A DNA stretch of 41,918 nucleotides from a virus (lineage: Duplodnaviria; Caudoviricetes): positions 1 through 41,918 of the IMG/VR virus record IMGVR_UViG_3300007255_000002; one strand, given 5' to 3'. A program made the position numbers and the translations under genes. The notes beneath the pieces are model-generated. The model worked only from the letters and a program-made list of their open reading frames with translations. It was not told the DNA's origin and made no database searches. Position 1 is the stretch's first letter; every line of letters begins with the position of its first letter. This document shows, in pieces, positions 27,786-36,135 of this stretch.

Positions 27786-28988
27786 ATGTCCGCCTCGCTG
27801 TCAGGCACGGTGAATGGCATGGACTTGATCAGCCAGATGGAAGCGGCTCAGAACGAGCAGCAGCGGCTGGTCGAGGAGCAAGCGGCTCAGGCTCGGGCGG
27901 CGGCCCAACAGGCGCTGAGCGCGTACTCGGGCGCTGCCGCTCAGCCTGCGCCCGAACTCAGCCCGGCCGACACCTTCATCCCCACCCTGGTGGGGAACAT
28001 TGCCTCGACGCTGGCGCAAAACCCTGTCTACCAGCAGCACGCCCACGAGAACCTCCAGCAGAAGCACGCCGACTTGCTGAAGAACCGAGCGGCGACATTG
28101 GAATCCCTGCAAACCATCGCCCAGCAGAAGGCCGAGCAAGCCCAAAAGGCCGGAGACCTAGCCTCGACCGAGAAGTTCCGGCTGGAGCAGGAGAAGTACG
28201 CCAAGACTTACCAGCAGATCCTGGAAGCGCAAAAACAGCAAGGCGCCCAGGATTTGGAGAAGACGCGGCAGGCCAACCGCCTCGGCGTGGTGGCGGCTCA
28301 AGGCGCCCAGCAACGTCAGACCAATGCCGCCAAAGGTGGCACACAAGAGGAGCTTGACGCCTCATTCGACAACGAGGTCAAGCAGACGGTCTCAGGCCGC
28401 AACTACCTTCCCTCGACGAACTTCAAAGGCAAGGCGGTAGATGCCGCAAGGATCTACGCGGCCAAGAACAAGATTCCATTCGTGAGCCCTCAAGACGACT
28501 CGCGACTCGGACGCTTGGACGTGGCGCGGAACAACGTCGCGACCATGAAGGAAGACATGGAAGCCTTCCTCCCCAAGCACTGGAACGATGCGCTGCAGAT
28601 CGGCAATAACATCGCCGCTGACGCCACCGGCTCAGACCCTAGAGTCCGAACCTACCGCGAGAACGTCGCGGCGATCATCGAGCAGTTCGTGGCCCTAGCG
28701 GGCGGGCAAGGCACCGGAGTCCGCATCAATAAGTCGGAAATCGACCGCATCATCAAGGCCGCACCGACGATCACCACACCGCTTCCGGCGGCCCGGGCCT
28801 GGGTCGAACGCGTCAACCGCTTCGTGGACAACACCGAAGGCCCGATCTTGAAACGTGCCGGACTCCAGCAACCAACGCAGGTTTCAGGCAAGATCGTCAT
28901 GATTAACCCCGACGACAAGAAGCGTTACGAAGTGGACGTGGGTGAGGTTAAAACTGCGGTCGCCAACGGCTGGAAGCGAGCCCAGTAA
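27786..28988 (+). CDS. probable internal virion / DNA ejection protein
   Basis: Ala/Gln-rich coiled coil; position. Confidence 0.6.
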   Translation: MSASLSGTVNGMDLISQMEAAQNEQQRLVEEQAAQARAAAQQALSAYSGAAAQPAPELSPADTFIPTLVGNIASTLAQNPVYQQHAHENLQQKHADLLKNRAATLESLQTIAQQKAEQAQKAGDLASTEKFRLEQEKYAKTYQQILEAQKQQGAQDLEKTRQANRLGVVAAQGAQQRQTNAAKGGTQEELDASFDNEVKQTVSGRNYLPSTNFKGKAVDAARIYAAKNKIPFVSPQDDSRLGRLDVARNNVATMKEDMEAFLPKHWNDALQIGNNIAADATGSDPRVRTYRENVAAIIEQFVALAGGQGTGVRINKSEIDRIIKAAPTITTPLPAARAWVERVNRFVDNTEGPILKRAGLQQPTQVSGKIVMINPDDKKRYEVDVGEVKTAVANGWKRAQ

Positions 28989-30172
28989 TGGCTTACATGC
29001 CCAAGAGTGCTAAGTTGCTTGACCAGCCTTACATGCCAAAATCCGCCACACCCGAGGTCCCCGCCGATACCGTCGCAGTCACCGCCCACACCCGGATGAA
29101 ACCCCGGCAGGATTGGCGCAAGCGTGTCGGTGGTGCCTTGCCTACGGTTGGGGGCATGGCCGGGAGTCTTCTCGGAGCGGCGGGTGGTCCAGCAGGTGAG
29201 GTGGGAGGGGCCGCAGCCGGCGGTAGCCTGGGTGAGACGGGCTCGGAGCTACTTCAGGGCCAACCGCTCAACCCCGGCGAGATCGGCAAGCAGGGAGCAA
29301 TCCAGGGGGCTTATGGGCTGGCTGGTGGCATCGCCGGCCAAGGTGTCAAAGCTTTGGGCAAGTTGGGTGTCAACCTGGCGCTCAAGTTCACCCCCGAGGT
29401 GGCGCAGACGGCGATCAAGGAAGGTATCACCGCCACCAAACTCGGGCTTGAGAAGCTAGGTGCAAGAATCCGGCTAGCTGGCGGCGCAGAACGGAAGATC
29501 GTGGCCAATGCGTCTCACAATGGCATCGGCTGGAGAGACCCGGTTTCCCTAGCCCGTAGTGCCTATGCGGATGTGGCATCCAAACTCGAAGGAGCCCCAA
29601 GTTCCGAACTCTCGAAACTCGCCAAGCTCCAGGAAGACTTCATCCGAGACAACCCCCAAGACATCAACCCGTTGAACCTCCTAAAGAAGCGCCAGTATTA
29701 TGACAACCAAGCGGCGGTGGCTCATACGGCACTCAAGAAAGGCGCGAAGGCTGCCGAAGACGTGCAGGACATGTGGAACCGAGCGATGGCTAACCGCTCC
29801 CGCGAGGCACTTCAGGCCGATATCCCCACCATCGTCGATCCCGGGGCCTACGAGAAGTTGACAGGCAAAGCCACCATCCCATCCGAGCTTCAGAAGCTCC
29901 GAGAAGTGGTGCAGCCCATCGTCCAACGCGGTGGAGGACTCGGCGCTCGCATCGCCAAGCGCAGCGCCCTGCCAGTTGCCGGTGCCACCATCGGAGCTGC
30001 CTTGCCTGGCAATCGCGCTCAGCATGCCTTCGAGGGGCTCGTGGCCGGTGCGGCGCTCGATCCGGCGATTGCCTCGACACTGGGACTCCATGCCCAAAAT
30101 CCATTCCTACCCATCATCCTACAAAACGCTGCACGGCTAGGTGGTTACGGCGTTCAGCAGGCGAGTGAGTAG
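28988..30172 (+). CDS. probable internal virion / DNA ejection protein
   Basis: Glycine-zipper segments (GGMAGSLLGAAGGPAG..GGAAAGG); N-terminal YMPKSA twice. Confidence 0.6.
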   Translation: MAYMPKSAKLLDQPYMPKSATPEVPADTVAVTAHTRMKPRQDWRKRVGGALPTVGGMAGSLLGAAGGPAGEVGGAAAGGSLGETGSELLQGQPLNPGEIGKQGAIQGAYGLAGGIAGQGVKALGKLGVNLALKFTPEVAQTAIKEGITATKLGLEKLGARIRLAGGAERKIVANASHNGIGWRDPVSLARSAYADVASKLEGAPSSELSKLAKLQEDFIRDNPQDINPLNLLKKRQYYDNQAAVAHTALKKGAKAAEDVQDMWNRAMANRSREALQADIPTIVDPGAYEKLTGKATIPSELQKLREVVQPIVQRGGGLGARIAKRSALPVAGATIGAALPGNRAQHAFEGLVAGAALDPAIASTLGLHAQNPFLPIILQNAARLGGYGVQQASE

Positions 30173-30298
30173 GCCCGCGTATCGCGCACCGATCTTCATG
30201 CTTCGGTCGGGGTATCGGGGCTCAAGGATAGAGCCAGCGCGGCGCGAGCTAAGTCTTAATAAGGCCGAATCTGTTAAGTAACTCTTAGGAGGAAAGCG

Positions 30299-30733
30299 TT
30301 GAAGATTCCGGTGCCAGGACTAGCGATCGAGCAACAGTCGGAGGATATCGTGGTGGCCATGTGCCTATGGGGTGAGGCGAGGGGCGAGGGGCCTTTGGGT
30401 ATGCTGGCAGTGGCCAATGTCCTTACGAATCGAGCCACCAAGCACGACACGAGCGTCAAGGCTATCGCCCTTCAGCCCCGACAGTTCTCAACTTTCAATG
30501 CTGACGATCCCAACCGGGCACATCTCGTCGACGCATGGAAGGTAGACCCCGGAAGCTGGGGCATGGCGATCGGTGTTGCGACTCTGAGCCTCCACGGGCT
30601 AGTCAAGGATTCCACCGAAGGAGCCCTGAACTATCTGACCGCGAGCCTTCACGACTCTCCCAGCGCCCCGACTTGGGCCAAGGACATGAAGGTAACGGCC
30701 AAGATCGGCAACCATGTTTTCGGTGTGGCATGA
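30299..30733 (+). CDS. cell wall hydrolase (SleB/Hydrolase_2) endolysin
   Basis: WGEARGE...G.LAVANV.TNR, QFS..N, T.GA..Y, IGNH.F; AGGAGG RBS with TTG start. Confidence 0.9.
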   Translation: MKIPVPGLAIEQQSEDIVVAMCLWGEARGEGPLGMLAVANVLTNRATKHDTSVKAIALQPRQFSTFNADDPNRAHLVDAWKVDPGSWGMAIGVATLSLHGLVKDSTEGALNYLTASLHDSPSAPTWAKDMKVTAKIGNHVFGVA

Positions 30734-30975
30734 CGGTGACTCCAGTCAACGGTTCGAGCCCGGTCAAGTTCTGGCAGGTAGTGGTGGGGCAGTTGCCGTG
30801 GGTGCTCACTATCTTTGCGCTCGGCACGTGGTATGTCTCCAAGTTCGACGCCCGGCTCTTCAACTTGGAACGAGCAGTGGCGCGCATCGAAGTGAGACAA
30901 GAACAAGCCCAAGCCGAGGAGCTATCTAACTTGAAGGACGAAGTCCTGAGACTCCGCAAGGCGCTCAAGCCATGA
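30730..30975 (+). CDS. membrane protein, holin-like
   Basis: ATGA overlap with lysin; one TM plus coiled coil. Confidence 0.5.
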   Translation: MTVTPVNGSSPVKFWQVVVGQLPWVLTIFALGTWYVSKFDARLFNLERAVARIEVRQEQAQAEELSNLKDEVLRLRKALKP

Positions 30976-31286
30976 GTCCGGATCTGAAGCGCCATGTCAC
31001 TTGGGCGGGCGCCGCCGCCGCTCTCGCCGCCGCCTTGGGATTGATGACCATGCTCACCAACTGGGCGCTAGAGACCGATGCCAAGATCGGTAACTCCGAG
31101 CACCAACGCCTAGCTCTAGTCCAAGCCGACTCGGCCTTGTTCGCCCGCGACTCGCTCAAGGATCTGCGACTGATCAGCATCGAGCGCCAGTTGAAGATCA
31201 AAGTCCGGCGTCAGCGCTGGAGTCCGCAACCTCAGCCCCCGGCACACGAAGGTATTCTGAAGCGATTATTCCACCTCTTCGTCTAG
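30972..31286 (+). CDS. membrane-anchored lysis-region protein
   Basis: N-terminal TM (WAGAAAALAAALGLMTML). Confidence 0.5.
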   Translation: MSPDLKRHVTWAGAAAALAAALGLMTMLTNWALETDAKIGNSEHQRLALVQADSALFARDSLKDLRLISIERQLKIKVRRQRWSPQPQPPAHEGILKRLFHLFV

Positions 31287-31296
31287 GAGGGGCTTC

Positions 31297-31500
31297 ATGT
31301 TGCTCGAAATCCTGTTGGTGCTGGTAATCATCGGATTCGTGGTGTGGGTGGTGGAGTCGGCGGTGGTGGAGTCGGCGCCTTTTATCTCGGCCAGCATCAA
31401 GCCGTTCGTTCGTTGGGCGGCGATCGTGGTGGGAGGGTTCTATATGCTGAAACTCCTGCTCGATCTCTTCCACGTCTCGGTGCCGAGCTTGGCCAAGTGA
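31297..31500 (+). CDS. small two-TM membrane protein (holin-like)
   Basis: AGGAGG RBS; two hydrophobic helices; contains a 15-bp tandem duplication at 31348-31377 (VVESA x2). Confidence 0.6.
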   Translation: MLLEILLVLVIIGFVVWVVESAVVESAPFISASIKPFVRWAAIVVGGFYMLKLLLDLFHVSVPSLAK

Positions 31501-31655
31501 AACTCGCCCTGCTGATGCTCGTCTGCCTGCTCGGAGGCTGCGACTGCGACAAGAGCACGCGCCCCCAGTCGGCCTCCACCTGCTACGAGACTTGGGGTAG
31601 CACCCACGTCGCCGTGCCGTGTCCGAGCCCGACTCCTAGGCCCCGCTGCCACTAG
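31497..31655 (+). CDS. small lipoprotein (possible o-spanin-like)
   Basis: GTG start, MKLALLMLVCLLGGC lipobox, Pro-rich tail. Confidence 0.55.
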   Translation: MKLALLMLVCLLGGCDCDKSTRPQSASTCYETWGSTHVAVPCPSPTPRPRCH

Positions 31656-32047
31656 GGAACGTAGAGCGCCTCGTTTGAGGGGTCGCTGATGTTGTCCGAG
31701 CGGTCCCAGAGTTCGAGGTAGTAGCGCCGCGGCCTGACTTCACCCAAGATCCACTCCGGGAAGGAGTAGGCTGCAGGCTCTCCGTGATGGTAGCGGAACG
31801 AGGTGCGGAAGAGTTCCTCCCACGCTGCTCCTAGAGTGTCGGCGCGCATATAGGCCACCGCTTGCACCTGACCCATCTCGATGGCGCCATTCGAGTCGAG
31901 TAAGGGCCACGTCCAGGCGATGCAGCGCCAACCAGGATGGGCCGGAGTGCAGGTCTGAGCCTCCAGCCTCAGGGGCAGGAGAAGTGCCAGCACAACCCAT
32001 CCTAGGAGCTTCAGGGTGCCTCCAAGTCTTACGGGGAGCAGCCCCAC
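31652..32047 (-). CDS. secreted Fn3-like protein
   Basis: Signal peptide (LLGWVVLALLLPLRLEA) and C-terminal YYLELWDRSDNISDPSN resembling the Fn3 terminal strand. Confidence 0.55.
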   Translation of the reverse strand: MGLLPVRLGGTLKLLGWVVLALLLPLRLEAQTCTPAHPGWRCIAWTWPLLDSNGAIEMGQVQAVAYMRADTLGAAWEELFRTSFRYHHGEPAAYSFPEWILGEVRPRRYYLELWDRSDNISDPSNEALYVP

Positions 32048-32366
32048 GCCGCTCCCCGTTACATTCTCCGCTCGTTCGTGGCTTTTCGCTAGGCTAGACC
32101 GATAGAACCTTTCCCGCTCTTGTTCTTGCAGCGCCTAACATCTACACCGTGGACTCGTGCATCTTACAACCAATCGAGACAGGCGATGATGCTGTAGTAA
32201 CTCCCGACCCAATCCCACCAGTGGAAGGCGGGATAGGCTCCGCCGTCATCCCAGCCTGGTGGGCTGTTTTCAGCGTTCATCTTTCCTCCACGATCTCCAC
32301 CAACCGTACATCGCTGCCGCCCACACCACCACTCCCACCAGCAATGCTCCGGTCATCTCCGCTCCG

Positions 32367-32600
32367 CTAGCGCCTGATCCACCACAGGATGTCGAACCAG
32401 GACGACATCGCATAAGCTTGGTGGGCAATCAGGAGTCCCGCAAACGCGCATGCAGCAACCAGAACCAACCGTTCGGCGAGGTTCACATTCTCCTCCTTTG
32501 GTTGACAACCGAGCAGACTCGAAATCCTTGGCGACCGATCGAGCCTTGCGGGCGGCGACGGCAGGCCGCATGCCGCCGTGAGAGCGCTCAAATCATGCAA
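32367..32600 (-). CDS. small membrane protein (true start probably at VNLAER)
   Basis: AGGAGGAG RBS before an internal GTG; hydrophobic helix. Confidence 0.45.
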   Translation of the reverse strand: MHDLSALTAACGLPSPPARLDRSPRISSLLGCQPKEENVNLAERLVLVAACAFAGLLIAHQAYAMSSWFDILWWIRR

Positions 32601-32684
32601 GGCGCCCGCCCTGACCCGGCCACCTTCCGAAACTCATGACCCACTCCAGCGCCCGACCTCGGAAGAGCGAACGCCAGATCACTC

Positions 32685-33266
32685 TCACGTTACACTCCCA
32701 TCGAGGTGTTCTCTTACCTTTCTGGGGCGGCCACGCTTTTTAGGTGGCGGAGCGGAAGGACCTCTGCTGTCGCCAGGACCCGCGTCGTTACCAAGCGCGG
32801 ACTCCGCCACCTTCTTCTTCCGAACTCGCTTCCGAGTGAGCCCGAGCTCGGCAAACTGCTCGTCTAGGGTACGGCGCATCGCCCCCAAGACGACCGCCAC
32901 CACTTTACCCCGCTCCACCTCGTTGAGCGTCACCGGCCGCTGACGGTAAAGGGCCGAGATATCTGTCACCACCAACTCGTGGGCGTTGATCCACTCCGCC
33001 ATGGCTTGAAGGCCGCTAGGAGCCTCGCTGGGAGGCTCGGGCCAGGGCACGGGTCCAGAACCAGGCTCGGGGTAGATCGTGGCTTCTGACTCATCTGGGA
33101 GCGGATCAGGCAACAGGTCGAAGGCGTCCCGTTCCAAGTCGTCAGGGTCTGGCAGTTCAGGGGCTACGGACAATAGATTTGGCGCGGCGTCGATGATTCC
33201 GGGGTCGGGCATGGCTGGCAGTCCTTGCATTCGGCGGATCTCAGCTAGACGGTCGCTGTCGCTCAC
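32685..33266 (-). CDS. hypothetical protein with acidic Pro-rich N-half and AT-hook
   Basis: KKRGRPRK near the C-terminus; AGGAG RBS. Confidence 0.7.
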   Translation of the reverse strand: MSDSDRLAEIRRMQGLPAMPDPGIIDAAPNLLSVAPELPDPDDLERDAFDLLPDPLPDESEATIYPEPGSGPVPWPEPPSEAPSGLQAMAEWINAHELVVTDISALYRQRPVTLNEVERGKVVAVVLGAMRRTLDEQFAELGLTRKRVRKKKVAESALGNDAGPGDSRGPSAPPPKKRGRPRKVREHLDGSVT

Positions 33267-33433
33267 GTGGTCTCCTGGATGGCGCGCTCGACTTCTTCGC
33301 GAACGATGGTCTCGACGCGGGCGCGAATTATGGCTCTCAAGTTAAGCGAGCCGTTGAGCTTGCGTTTCTGGGCCAGAACTCTCCGAGCTTTAGCCAACTA
33401 CTTGCGTTTCTTCTCCAACAGTTCTTTGGTCAT
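33263..33433 (-). pseudogene. 56-codon basic helical gene interrupted by in-frame TAG at codon 12
   Basis: AAGGAG RBS, MTKELLEKKRK*LAKARRVLAQKRKLNGSLNLRAIIRARVETIVREEVERAIQETT-TGA overlapping the next GTG. Confidence 0.7.
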
Positions 33434-33456
33434 GGCTTCTCCTTTCGATGAGAAAC

Positions 33457-33529
33457 GGGGCCCGGCTTGTAGCACTCCCCCGTCTGGCTCACGCCTTCTG
33501 CTCTGCGCTCGCCAGGCTAACCGGGCCCC
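33457..33529 (-). other. structured RNA-like stem-loop
   Basis: GGGGCCCGGTT pairs with AGCCGGGCCCC (one GU pair), enclosing an inner CTGGC/GCCAG stem. Confidence 0.55.
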
Positions 33530-33536
33530 TAAGATT

Positions 33537-33953
33537 ATTCCTTGCCGTACCTCGCCCTGCATCGCCATGCCGAAGCTCGCCCAGCTCCTTGCCTTTCCTG
33601 ACCAGACCCCGCCAAAGCCGGCCTAACCATGCTCCTCGCCTTTCCTTGCGGCGCCAAGCACCGCCATGCCAGGTCATGCTCCGCCATGCTCCTTACCTCG
33701 CCTATCCGAGCCACGCCACGCCCAACATCGCCGGACCCAGCGGTGCCGCACCCAGCTCCCTGCCTCACCTAACCGCACCCTAGCCGACCACACCCATCCA
33801 GACCGTACGGCGCGTTGCCCCGCATTGCCTAGCTCCTTGCCCTTCCTCACCGTGCCTTGCGATGCGTCACCACGCGGCACCCGGCCAAGGCCGGCTCCTT
33901 GCCTTGCCGCTCCTAGCCCCACCTAGCCGTGCCACACCGAGCCGCACCGGACT
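33537..33953 (-). repeat. phased degenerate pentamer array (GGHNN)n punctuated by GGCAAGGAGC-like junctions
   Basis: Junctions (+ strand GCTCC) at 33537 (ATTCC), 33584, 33631, 33688, 33755, 33832, 33894; 74 pentamers, 56 ending in CC by hand count. Confidence 0.92.
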
Positions 33954-34800
33954 AACGTGGATGGCATAACCTCTTCCAACTGCAATAGTTACACGGCCAG
34001 TTCGGGCAACTTCGATAGGCCACTGGAACGCCCGGGTCTAGCCCATTCTTGGCGTCTTGCATGGCTTGACCCAGAATCTTCAGGTCTTCCTCAGCCCCGT
34101 CTTTGTCGTAATTTACGGTCCAGACATGGAATAGAGGCTCGCCCTTCGTCGCACCCGAGGCGCAATACACCAGTCGAGCCTTTGCCTGGGTTGGGCGCGG
34201 GATTTTATTCTGAGCGGCGGCGTGTAGATACCCATTGCACTGCTTACGATACGGGTCGTCGGTATCCGGTCCACCTCGCTTTAACATCCATCCTAAAGCC
34301 CTGCTGTTCTTGGTCTTGAGTTCCCAAAGTTCCCGTGGATCTAGGCCCTGAATTGCCTCCCGCAAATTCTCAGGAATTTCCAGGAGCAGGTCTAGGCGGC
34401 CGGTGATCTTCTCGCCGTCGCTCTCCAGTTCCACGCGCTCTTGAGCCAGGATGGTGACACCGGCCGCTTCCAAGAGCTTGATGTAGAGGCTTTCGGCCAA
34501 CTTGCCGATGTTCAAGGTCATCCACGAATCCAAGGTCAGCGGTTCGGTCTGCGGCGTATTCGTCAGCGAGAAGTAGATCTGGCGCGGGCACCGGCCGCTA
34601 TCCGAGACGTAGGCGTTGGTTTTGAACTCCTTCCCTTCGGCGCGCCTCGCCTCGGCCTCAGCTTCGAGTTGCCGCGCCAGCCCGTACTCCAAAAGGGCTC
34701 GTACCGGAGCGATGGCGTCGCCGGAGCCATGCTCACGGACTACTTCGGAAAGGTGACGCTGCTGCGGCTGCCAGGACTGCGGCAGAGTCACGCCGGCCAC
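33952..34800 (-). CDS. Cas4-like PD-(D/E)XK exonuclease with Fe-S cysteine set
   Basis: SDSGRCPRQIYF, GRLD, WELKT, QCNGY, C-terminal CNYCSWKRLC. Confidence 0.85.
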   Translation of the reverse strand: MAGVTLPQSWQPQQRHLSEVVREHGSGDAIAPVRALLEYGLARQLEAEAEARRAEGKEFKTNAYVSDSGRCPRQIYFSLTNTPQTEPLTLDSWMTLNIGKLAESLYIKLLEAAGVTILAQERVELESDGEKITGRLDLLLEIPENLREAIQGLDPRELWELKTKNSRALGWMLKRGGPDTDDPYRKQCNGYLHAAAQNKIPRPTQAKARLVYCASGATKGEPLFHVWTVNYDKDGAEEDLKILGQAMQDAKNGLDPGVPVAYRSCPNWPCNYCSWKRLCHPR

Positions 34801-35057
34801 TCCGCACTCTTCTCCGGAAGCTTGTCGGCTAGATAGCGGATAGCCGCTGCCAGCTCAAGGATGGCGTCCGAGCCAGGGCTGGTGCCGATCGCGGCTCCTG
34901 GGGCAACCTGGGGGCCTTGTGGGCCATTCCTCGGGGGCTTCTGACGACATCCCTGGACTGGGCAAGTCAGAAACGAGTTGTATGGCTGTCCGGTACGAGG
35001 TGAGATACCCGCCGGGACTGTTTTCCACGGCAAGTGGTGATCCGGGCATTGGTTCAT
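34788..35057 (-). CDS. small Zn-binding protein
   Basis: CPDH...G.S.RTG.PY..F.TCP..GC; GGAGG RBS. Confidence 0.7.
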   Translation of the reverse strand: MNQCPDHHLPWKTVPAGISPRTGQPYNSFLTCPVQGCRQKPPRNGPQGPQVAPGAAIGTSPGSDAILELAAAIRYLADKLPEKSAEWPA

Positions 35058-35075
35058 CGTCCCTCCTTTTCGTTC

Positions 35076-35104
35076 ATGTTCCTATGCCAACGCTGGCAAG
35101 TCAA
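35076..35104 (-). promoter_or_regulatory. promoter with palindromic operator
   Basis: TTGACT-17-GAACAT; the spacer contains TGCCAGCGTTGGCA (35085-35098), related to the 1372-1385 palindrome. Confidence 0.6.
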
Positions 35105-35301
35105 GCAACTTGAAGTTCGGGAAACCGATTTTTGAGCACTGCTTTCCATTTAGGAGAAAGACGTTGCCATGCTTTTTTCGAGACCGGTAGCCGGCGCCGG
35201 GCGTAACGGCTCAGCGCGGCGAAGGTGGCGGCCTCGCTTCGTTCCCTCGGAGACATCTTGGAACGCGAGAGCCGGCCCATCTCGGAGGCGTTGAGGCTCA
35301 A
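35101..35301 (-). CDS. small basic protein (SPRERSEAA..AA..R motif), putative nucleic-acid binder
   Basis: ASEMGRLSRSKMSPRERSEAATFAALSRY; TTG start overlapping the upstream stop. Confidence 0.6.
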   Translation of the reverse strand: MSLNASEMGRLSRSKMSPRERSEAATFAALSRYARRRLPVSKKAWQRLSPKWKAVLKNRFPELQVA

Positions 35302-35708
35302 GGCTCCACTCCGTAGCGCTGCGCCTCCTGAATGAGATAGAGCTTCTCTAGTTTACGATCGAATTTGCCACCGGGCCTGAATACGGTCCACACCAGCCGT
35401 TCCGGGAACTTGTCTCCGAACCACCTCACCGCTTCGATGGGTCGGTGGTGCCACAGCAGATGGCAGCCGCTACAGAGCCGCAGCGAGTTCTCCAACCTCC
35501 ATCGGGAGGACAGATAGCGCCGGGAGTTGACGTGGCACCACTGGCCCTGATCGGCGCGTCCGCACCTCTGGCATACCGGATCGCGGGCAAAGACGATCTT
35601 CCGCGCCAGGGCGTCTAGGGCCTTCTTCCAGTAAGTGCCCTTCGCTGCGGACCGGAGTCGGGTCTTTCTCTGGGGGGCCGGTGATTTCTTCAAGGCGGTA
35701 CGCTTCAT
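35298..35708 (-). CDS. NinG/Rap-like HNH recombination nuclease
   Basis: LDAL..IV..RD..CQRCG...CH..SRRY.S.RW..EN...LC.GCH. Confidence 0.82.
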   Translation of the reverse strand: MKRTALKKSPAPQRKTRLRSAAKGTYWKKALDALARKIVFARDPVCQRCGRADQGQWCHVNSRRYLSSRWRLENSLRLCSGCHLLWHHRPIEAVRWFGDKFPERLVWTVFRPGGKFDRKLEKLYLIQEAQRYGVEP

Positions 35709-35905
35709 TTGGCCGCCTCCAACTCGGAGCCGCTGGCGGGCGTGGTTTCATCGGCAGAGAGTTGGTCGTCGGCGCAGGCCGCCTTGTCCTGATGCCGGCG
35801 CTCGATCTTGGTCGAAGCCTTGATGTCCTCCGTGCTCGACCAATGGGCCATGTTGGAGTGTCCGCCCTTGTGGCCCCCCTCGGTGCGCTTCCACTTGCGG
35901 CTCAC
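35705..35905 (-). CDS. hypothetical protein ending in shared SGSELEAA module
   Basis: GTGA/ATGA overlaps. Confidence 0.7.
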   Translation of the reverse strand: MSRKWKRTEGGHKGGHSNMAHWSSTEDIKASTKIERRHQDKAACADDQLSADETTPASGSELEAAK

Positions 35906-36135
35906 TCCGTCTCCCTGCTGGCTAGATGCTCCAACCTCGCGATGGCATGAATAGCCATGTGATTGTGGTCGGCCTTACAGGCAGCTATTCGGATCACCCG
36001 CAGTGCAGCATGGGCTTCACGAACCATCGCCACCAATATGTCCGAATGGAGGATTGCGTCGGGATTGACGGCTTTGTTCTTCTTTGCTGCCTTCGCCGTC
36101 CGTTCCCGCTCAGCGAGGTAGTCGGAGAGGCTCAC
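35902..36135 (-). CDS. hypothetical protein
   Basis: AGGAG RBS, GTG start overlapping the upstream TGA. Confidence 0.65.
   Translation of the reverse strand: MSLSDYLAERERTAKAAKKNKAVNPDAILHSDILVAMVREAHAALRVIRIAACKADHNHMAIHAIARLEHLASRETE

Noticed and set aside
31348-31377. 15-bp tandem duplication (VVESA x2)
   Set aside because: A simple in-frame slippage duplication with no evidence of function.
33448-33926. Overlapping Arg/Gly/Ala- or Pro-rich ORFs over the array
   Set aside because: They are by-products of the 5-nt periodicity; no frame spans the array and none has a properly spaced RBS.
33537-33953. CRISPR array next to a cas4 gene
   Set aside because: The junction is only about 10 nt and degenerate, the spacers are themselves periodic and 37-67 nt long, and no cas1/cas2 is present.
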